Assembly (NCBI GenBank): GCA_965222605.1
Contig: OZ244960.1
Location: 5,728,001-5,792,000 of the forward strand
Source of the DNA: Candidatus Latescibacterota bacterium
Lineage (GTDB): Bacteria > Latescibacterota > UBA2968
Reading direction: 5' to 3'
Length of the DNA: 64,000 nucleotides
Shown piece by piece: positions 59,074 to 64,000 of the stretch (the first letter of the stretch is position 1; the number at the start of each line of letters is the position of its first letter). The notes beneath the pieces are model-generated. The model did not search any database. It had not been told where the DNA came from and was given only the letters and a program-made list of their open reading frames with translations. Made by a program: the position numbers and the translations under genes.

Positions 59074-61107
59074 TCACTCTCGCGAGAGGTGCGGCAAGTA
59101 GCCTTGTTTCTGGAGTATTTGAATTAGTGATTTGGGGTTTGCCGCATTGTTGAGGGTTGCAGTGGTTGGAGAAATGCGGTCGCCCAATGCCTGGGCGATG
59201 CGGGGTTGGGCATAGAGTTCATCGAGCAATTCGCGCGTGGCGGTTTTGATACGTCCGATGGAGGGAATGATTTTGATCTCGCCGTATTTTTCGTCACATT
59301 CGGCAATCAAAGTATCGACCATGTCGGGTAACCCACTTGCGCTGTGCCGCGTCAAAAATGCGCGTATCTCGTCCCCTGACAAGCCGCGTGCTAATGCGCG
59401 GCGGATCGAGTCGCGAGAAAGATGGAAACACGCCATTACATCCTGTGTTTTGAGGTCGCCGAGGACGCACAGTCTGAGATAGTGAGCGCAGGGAAGGTCT
59501 GGCGGGGATAGAACTTCAAAATTGGGCTGTACAACAAATTTTGCATCTGAATTTTGCAGGGGTATTTGTTCGATTAGTGCATCATCATGCGTGTCGTGCA
59601 ATAGGGCGTAGCCCGCAGGGGTGATCTGAAAGACCGCCTGTTTGCTGCGCTGCAATGGTGCAGAGAAATCGGGGAAGTTGCCCACGAGGACAACGCCCAT
59701 CCATGTGAGCGCACCTGTGATGATGCGGCGCAACAATTCATCGGCGGTGGTTCCGGTATGGGCTGGGTTTTTGGCAAAATGCCGAAAAGGTTCTGAAAGG
59801 CGTGTCAGGAATTGATAATACGACGGATATGTTATCCAGGTGTCGGTAGGGCAATGCCGCAGGCTCCGCACGAGTTCACTGCGAATATTTTTCAGTTCTT
59901 GCATTCGGGCACTGGTGGCTTTTGTGCGGTCGGAAGCCCACTCATTCCACCGCTTGCTGTGAAACCAGAATTCAAAGCACGCCTTGCGTATGTCGATGAT
60001 GTGCCCTATCCGGGTGCCAGCATCCGAGGCGGTATGCCAGGCTGCGCCCTGGGGAGTTACCAGCTCCGTTGTTTCGGCAAAGAGCGTGAGAAATTCAATA
60101 TAGCCCGGATCGTTCTGGATATGGCAGTATTTGTTCGCGTCGCGCAAATCGGTTTTGGATATGCCACCGTGTTTGAGTCTGCGGGGCAAGCGTTGTGCAA
60201 TAATGCCGAGCAATGTGGTCAGGTCCCGAGTGAGAAAGGCGGTATTTTCGCATATCGCGGTGGGAGTGATGGTAGAGGTTTTGAGGAGCGTATCGAGACT
60301 GCTTTCGAGTTGTCCTCCCTGAGATTGGGCGATTTTGGATAGGGCAGCGCAAAGGTCTGATGCGAGACATATCGCAGCGTCGGGGGCTTGAAGATTGCGA
60401 TTCGGTGCGTAAAAGATCGGCATTTTCCAGAGCATGTCTTCCAATTCACGGACTGCGGATTCCCCCAATTTGTCGGCGATTTCGCGACGTGTGAGTGCGT
60501 TGGCTGGGAGGAACAAGTCGAGAATGGCGCGGCGATCTTCGCTGAGTGTGTCGAGGTAGGCGTGCAGTGTTTTAATGTCGAGCAGGGCATCTCTTATGGC
60601 GTTGGATACGATGGGTTTGCGCGTGTCTGAAAGGCGCAGGCCAATCTGATCTGCAAAAGCTCGGAGCAAACCCACAGATACGGGTTTCAAGATGACGAGC
60701 AGTCGGCCCTGATCTGCGTCGGGAATGGGAATGGATTTGAGCAGCGATTCGGGAATGCCGATTAGAACGTCTGAATCACCCAATGTATGTACATCTCGAA
60801 ATACAAAACCGGTCAGGTCACTGAGTTGTGCATGGAGACGGGGAAGAAATCCGTTGGCAAATTTTTCAACGGTTTCGGTTTCTAAAAGCTCGCCCCCTTC
60901 GGCAGCAAGGGTCTGTACCATCGCGCGCTGTTCATGCGATAGGGCAGCGAGGCGTTTTGCTACACGCTCGGGGTTGGGGAGTAAGCGGCAAAGCTCATCG
61001 GCGAGGCTGGTTTTGTTGCTGCTGTGGCCCGGATCAACACCCATATCTCGGGCGAGTTGACAGAGCGTGCTGAAGGGATATTGTGTGAGTGCTGCGCGTA
61101 GTTTCAT
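59074..61107 (-). CDS. Helicase-associated (XPB C3 / Helicase_C_3) domain protein
   Basis: VVQPNFEV, LSRDSIRRALARG..I..FL..HS..LP..V motif. Confidence 0.75.
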   Translation of the reverse strand: MKLRAALTQYPFSTLCQLARDMGVDPGHSSNKTSLADELCRLLPNPERVAKRLAALSHEQRAMVQTLAAEGGELLETETVEKFANGFLPRLHAQLSDLTGFVFRDVHTLGDSDVLIGIPESLLKSIPIPDADQGRLLVILKPVSVGLLRAFADQIGLRLSDTRKPIVSNAIRDALLDIKTLHAYLDTLSEDRRAILDLFLPANALTRREIADKLGESAVRELEDMLWKMPIFYAPNRNLQAPDAAICLASDLCAALSKIAQSQGGQLESSLDTLLKTSTITPTAICENTAFLTRDLTTLLGIIAQRLPRRLKHGGISKTDLRDANKYCHIQNDPGYIEFLTLFAETTELVTPQGAAWHTASDAGTRIGHIIDIRKACFEFWFHSKRWNEWASDRTKATSARMQELKNIRSELVRSLRHCPTDTWITYPSYYQFLTRLSEPFRHFAKNPAHTGTTADELLRRIITGALTWMGVVLVGNFPDFSAPLQRSKQAVFQITPAGYALLHDTHDDALIEQIPLQNSDAKFVVQPNFEVLSPPDLPCAHYLRLCVLGDLKTQDVMACFHLSRDSIRRALARGLSGDEIRAFLTRHSASGLPDMVDTLIAECDEKYGEIKIIPSIGRIKTATRELLDELYAQPRIAQALGDRISPTTATLNNAANPKSLIQILQKQGYLPHLSRE

Positions 61108-61119
61108 GATGGACACAGT
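61094..61119. repeat. 26-bp direct repeat, copy 1
   Basis: GCGCGTAGTTTCATGATGGACACAGT, identical to 61586..61611. Confidence 0.9.
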
Positions 61120-61152
61120 AAAAATAAGACACTTACAAAATTGTAAGTGTCT
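61120..61152 (-). terminator. Intrinsic terminator after tRNA-Ala
   Basis: AGACACTTACAA/TTGTAAGTGTCT hairpin followed by TATTTTT on the minus strand. Confidence 0.7.
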
Positions 61153-61161
61153 AAAAAAAAG

Positions 61162-61234
61162 TGGAGCCGAGCGGGATCGAACCGCCGACCTTTTGACTGC
61201 CAGTCAAACGCTCTCCCAGTTGAGCTACGGCCCC
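61162..61234 (-). tRNA. tRNA-Ala (GGC)
   Basis: Full cloverleaf GGGGCCG...CGGCTCC-A, G3:U70, loop CTGGCAG; CCA not encoded; TTGACA-17-TACCCT promoter at 61252..61280. Confidence 0.95.
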
Positions 61235-61299
61235 ACTGCTATGTGTAGTCAAGGGTAACAAAATGGGGTGGGTCTGTCAAGCAAAAAGCCGATTGCGGA

Positions 61300-61599
61300 C
61301 TACGCGTTTTCTTTGTCAATGAGTTCGACAAATTCCTCTTCATTGAGGATTTCGATATTTAGTTGTTCGGCTTTTGTGCGTTTGGAGCCGGCGTTTTCAC
61401 CTGCGATGACGAGGTCGGTTTTGCCGCTAACGCTGGATGTGGGTTTTCCGCCAAGGGCACGAATGAGGTCCTGAGCTTGTTGGCGGCCCCAGCGTGAGAA
61501 GGTACCAGTAACGACTACTGTTTTGCCTTCGAGGGGTTTGGGGGCTGTGGCGGCAGGAGCTTCGGATTCGAGAGCGATACCCGCGGCGCGTAGTTTCAT
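61300..61599 (-). pseudogene. ligA: C-terminal BRCT fragment of NAD-dependent DNA ligase
   Basis: KLRAAG...LEGKTVVVTGT...GGKPTSSVSGKTDLVIAGENAGSK; no upstream ligase body. Confidence 0.8.
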
Positions 61600-61611
61600 G
61601 ATGGACACAGT
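61586..61611. repeat. 26-bp direct repeat, copy 2 (probable att/junction)
   Basis: Identical to 61094..61119; sits where ligA similarity ends and island sequence begins. Confidence 0.9.
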
Positions 61612-61674
61612 CGTGAGTTGTGGGGAGATAGGACTGGCTTTGTCTATTTAACCTTTGTTTAAAATAATATGATA

Positions 61675-64000
61675 TTATGACCAAACATAGTCGAAACACA
61701 CCAGATGCAGGTCTTCGCGCCTGAACGGCCCAGACCTTTGGATATTGTGATGTTCTTGCTCAGTTTCGCTTGTTGCAGAAGCAGGCACAGCATTGACCAA
61801 TTGGTGGATATCTTGATGCTGTGAGAAGGCTGTGTAAGCAGATCTTAGCTCTCTAACTGCAACACGCGCCATGGGCGGGGAAAGTTTTTTAATCGCCGAC
61901 CTCACTTCCTGCCTGGAAATGACCGGGCTGTTGAGGTAATTTCGGAGTAGGGTGATAACATTCTGCTGAATAGGATCGAGTATCCTGGGAGCCGCTACCA
62001 CGGCCTGCTGCTCCTGCACAGACCGCAAGATATCCTCTATTACCTTTTCCTGCACGTCGAATAGATCGCAATCGCCTACTACCCTCGGAGTATCTTGAGA
62101 GCAGGTGATTAGGTTGGTAATCAGGAGGCGATTGTCCTGGATTTCGTTCCGTTTCAGGTCGTAGTACCGCCAGAAGTGGCGACGACCTTCGCCGTGAGTT
62201 GCAGGTGCGGTAAAGTAGAAGAATACGCCGCGCTCTCCCTTTTGGGCCAAACCCGAATGGATGCCATCGGGTAGTTCCTCAAGCATCTCCTGAGCACCGG
62301 ACTCCAGCGCATTGCGAAGTTGCTGTAATAGAAATTCGTTGCTCGCTAACTCCGCGAATTGTTCCTGCTCTTCAATAACACTGTCGTCCTCATCCATGAT
62401 GCGATTCAAAGTATTAAAGTTTCGAGGGTGGACTGTTTCACCCAGTACCGAGGCGTCCAGAAATCCAGCACTATCAATATCTTCAATTTTGCGACTCAGG
62501 CTTTCCACCAGTTTCAAGAGCCGCTCCAGCCCTTCTTCGGGAAACATGTTGTAAACCCATAGTGTCTGAAATTCCGAACCTATGCGATCAATTCGTCCGG
62601 CTCGCTGCACCATGCGCGTCGGATTCCAATGCAGGTCGTAATTGACCAATATGCCACAGTCCTGGAGGTTCTGACCCTCAGATAAAACATCCGTAGAGAT
62701 CAGTATATCGATTTCTTGCTCAGAATTGATTAATTCCTCTTTGCCGTTTGAACGTGGCGCAAAAGCCTCAATAAGTCGTCTGCGATTTTTAGGGGGAGCA
62801 CCGCCGTCCATGCGGCGGATGAGCGGATTGCCAGCTTTCTTTCTAAATTTCTCGCTGCGTTCTAACTCTCGGTAAATGTAGCGCGCTGTGTCCCGGTAGT
62901 ATGAAAAAACGATGACTTTCTCGCCTTTCAGATCTTGGGAAAGGAGCGCCTTGAGCATCGTTAGTTTGGCATCCTGCTCTGGTTTAATATCACGGATCAT
63001 GTGCCAAACTTCGGTTAGTGCATCTACATCGTGTTGTAGCGATTCGTGTAGGCGTCCGAGATCGTACTGCTGAGAATCCAGTGTCGGCAGGCTTTCCAGA
63101 ATTTGTCGCGCCTCTTCGTTGCCATCCAACTCGTCGGCTATACTGGAAGGGGTGCTATCGTCCTCTTCGTCCTCGCGCTCGAGGAAGCGCATGGCTTGGC
63201 GGAATGATGTACTATCCAACAGCCTGCCGTCCAAAAGATAACTCTTAAAGGTCGAGGTGAATTCCAGAGCACGTTTTACACTAATGCGGAAGGCTTCTAC
63301 GCTTGACTCAAATCGCTTCAGGTAGCGACTTCTAAAAATGCCAGCCAGTGCTACTTCCCTGCCCAGTTCAAACGTATCTCTCTCGATGCCTAACTTTTTG
63401 TAGGTCTCTAACTGATAGGGAGCAAGGCGCAGATTATCTATGGCGTTAACAATTTTTTCATAGATTCCAGCGTACAAGGACTCCAGATCGTAGCGAATCG
63501 TCTTGAGCCTGCGCTCAGGCCATTGTATAGCATTACCTTGAATGGTGGCTTCGGGATACGTCTTGCGAATGAACACCCTGGTGCGCCTGATCACGACCTC
63601 TTCAAGCAGATTGAAGAGCGCAGTCCCCGTGCGGTGATCGGCTGAATTCTGACGTGCGCGGAGGAAGAACCTGCGTAGATCACCAATTCCAGCACTGGCG
63701 AAGTAGCTTAGATCTCCACCTGTGAACAGGTTTATTTGGTTATACAGATCAAAGATATTGTTGTTGATGGGGGTGGCGGTGAGCATGATCAGTTTCTTGC
63801 GTCCACCATCCTTACTTCTTCTACCATTACCGCTAAGAATGCGCTCAAGATTTTCGTAGCGCTGAGTGTTACTGTTGCGAAAGTTATGGGATTCGTCAAT
63901 CAGTACTACATCTGCATCAGCATGGTGCAGAGTGTCAAAATCAGCCTGTCCAAGCGCTTCTTGAGAGATGATAGCGGCTGATATGGTGGCATCTTGAAGT
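61675..64000 (-). CDS. SNF2-family helicase (restriction-modification/defence island type), 5' partial
   Basis: LVDESHNFRN, MLTATPINN, STDVLSEGQNLQD, YDLHWNPTRMVQRAGRIDR; frame appears to stay open to the window edge. Confidence 0.85.
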   Translation of the reverse strand, partial: LQDATISAAIISQEALGQADFDTLHHADADVVLIDESHNFRNSNTQRYENLERILSGNGRRSKDGGRKKLIMLTATPINNNIFDLYNQINLFTGGDLSYFASAGIGDLRRFFLRARQNSADHRTGTALFNLLEEVVIRRTRVFIRKTYPEATIQGNAIQWPERRLKTIRYDLESLYAGIYEKIVNAIDNLRLAPYQLETYKKLGIERDTFELGREVALAGIFRSRYLKRFESSVEAFRISVKRALEFTSTFKSYLLDGRLLDSTSFRQAMRFLEREDEEDDSTPSSIADELDGNEEARQILESLPTLDSQQYDLGRLHESLQHDVDALTEVWHMIRDIKPEQDAKLTMLKALLSQDLKGEKVIVFSYYRDTARYIYRELERSEKFRKKAGNPLIRRMDGGAPPKNRRRLIEAFAPRSNGKEELINSEQEIDILISTDVLSEGQNLQDCGILVNYDLHWNPTRMVQRAGRIDRIGSEFQTLWVYNMFPEEGLERLLKLVESLSRKIEDIDSAGFLDASVLGETVHPRNFNTLNRIMDEDDSVIEEQEQFAELASNEFLLQQLRNALESGAQEMLEELPDGIHSGLAQKGERGVFFYFTAPATHGEGRRHFWRYYDLKRNEIQDNRLLITNLITCSQDTPRVVGDCDLFDVQEKVIEDILRSVQEQQAVVAAPRILDPIQQNVITLLRNYLNSPVISRQEVRSAIKKLSPPMARVAVRELRSAYTAFSQHQDIHQLVNAVPASATSETEQEHHNIQRSGPFRREDLHLVCFDYVWS

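Overview
Bacterial chromosomal window from a diderm heterotroph. Its gene content (many PQQ-type beta-propellers, PhyH dioxygenases, sulfatases, DUF6785-type membrane proteins) resembles Latescibacterota/Gemmatimonadota/Poribacteria-like sponge or marine lineages; this is inference only. Main blocks: (1) a ~23 kb biosynthetic-looking cluster at 3.1-26.3 kb. It has beta-propellers, a GriC/EhpF-like adenylating enzyme with a GriD/EhpG-like reductase, an Fe-ADH, a HemN-like radical SAM, a TonB receptor with a structured leader, a PaaK-like ligase, a flavin halogenase-family enzyme, a GT4, a thioesterase and an ABC exporter. An AAA-DUF4143 gene and a TA module interrupt it. (2) A TAXI-TRAP transporter and a sulfatase/dehydratase/lyase/rhaA sugar locus, split by a TnpB-only IS200/IS605 element with a rearranged RuvC site inserted next to a Shine-Dalgarno sequence. 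(3) PhyH, phosphoesterase and FTR genes. (4) An AT-rich defence islet: ParA, an unknown gene, a Ser-scaffold tRNA-like gene with an Ile (GAT) anticodon, an Mrr-nuclease remnant and an Avs4-like STAND ATPase. (5) tRNA-Ala and a detached ligA BRCT fragment flanked by a 26-bp direct repeat, at the edge of an SNF2-helicase island. All calls come from motif recognition by eye; no searches were run.
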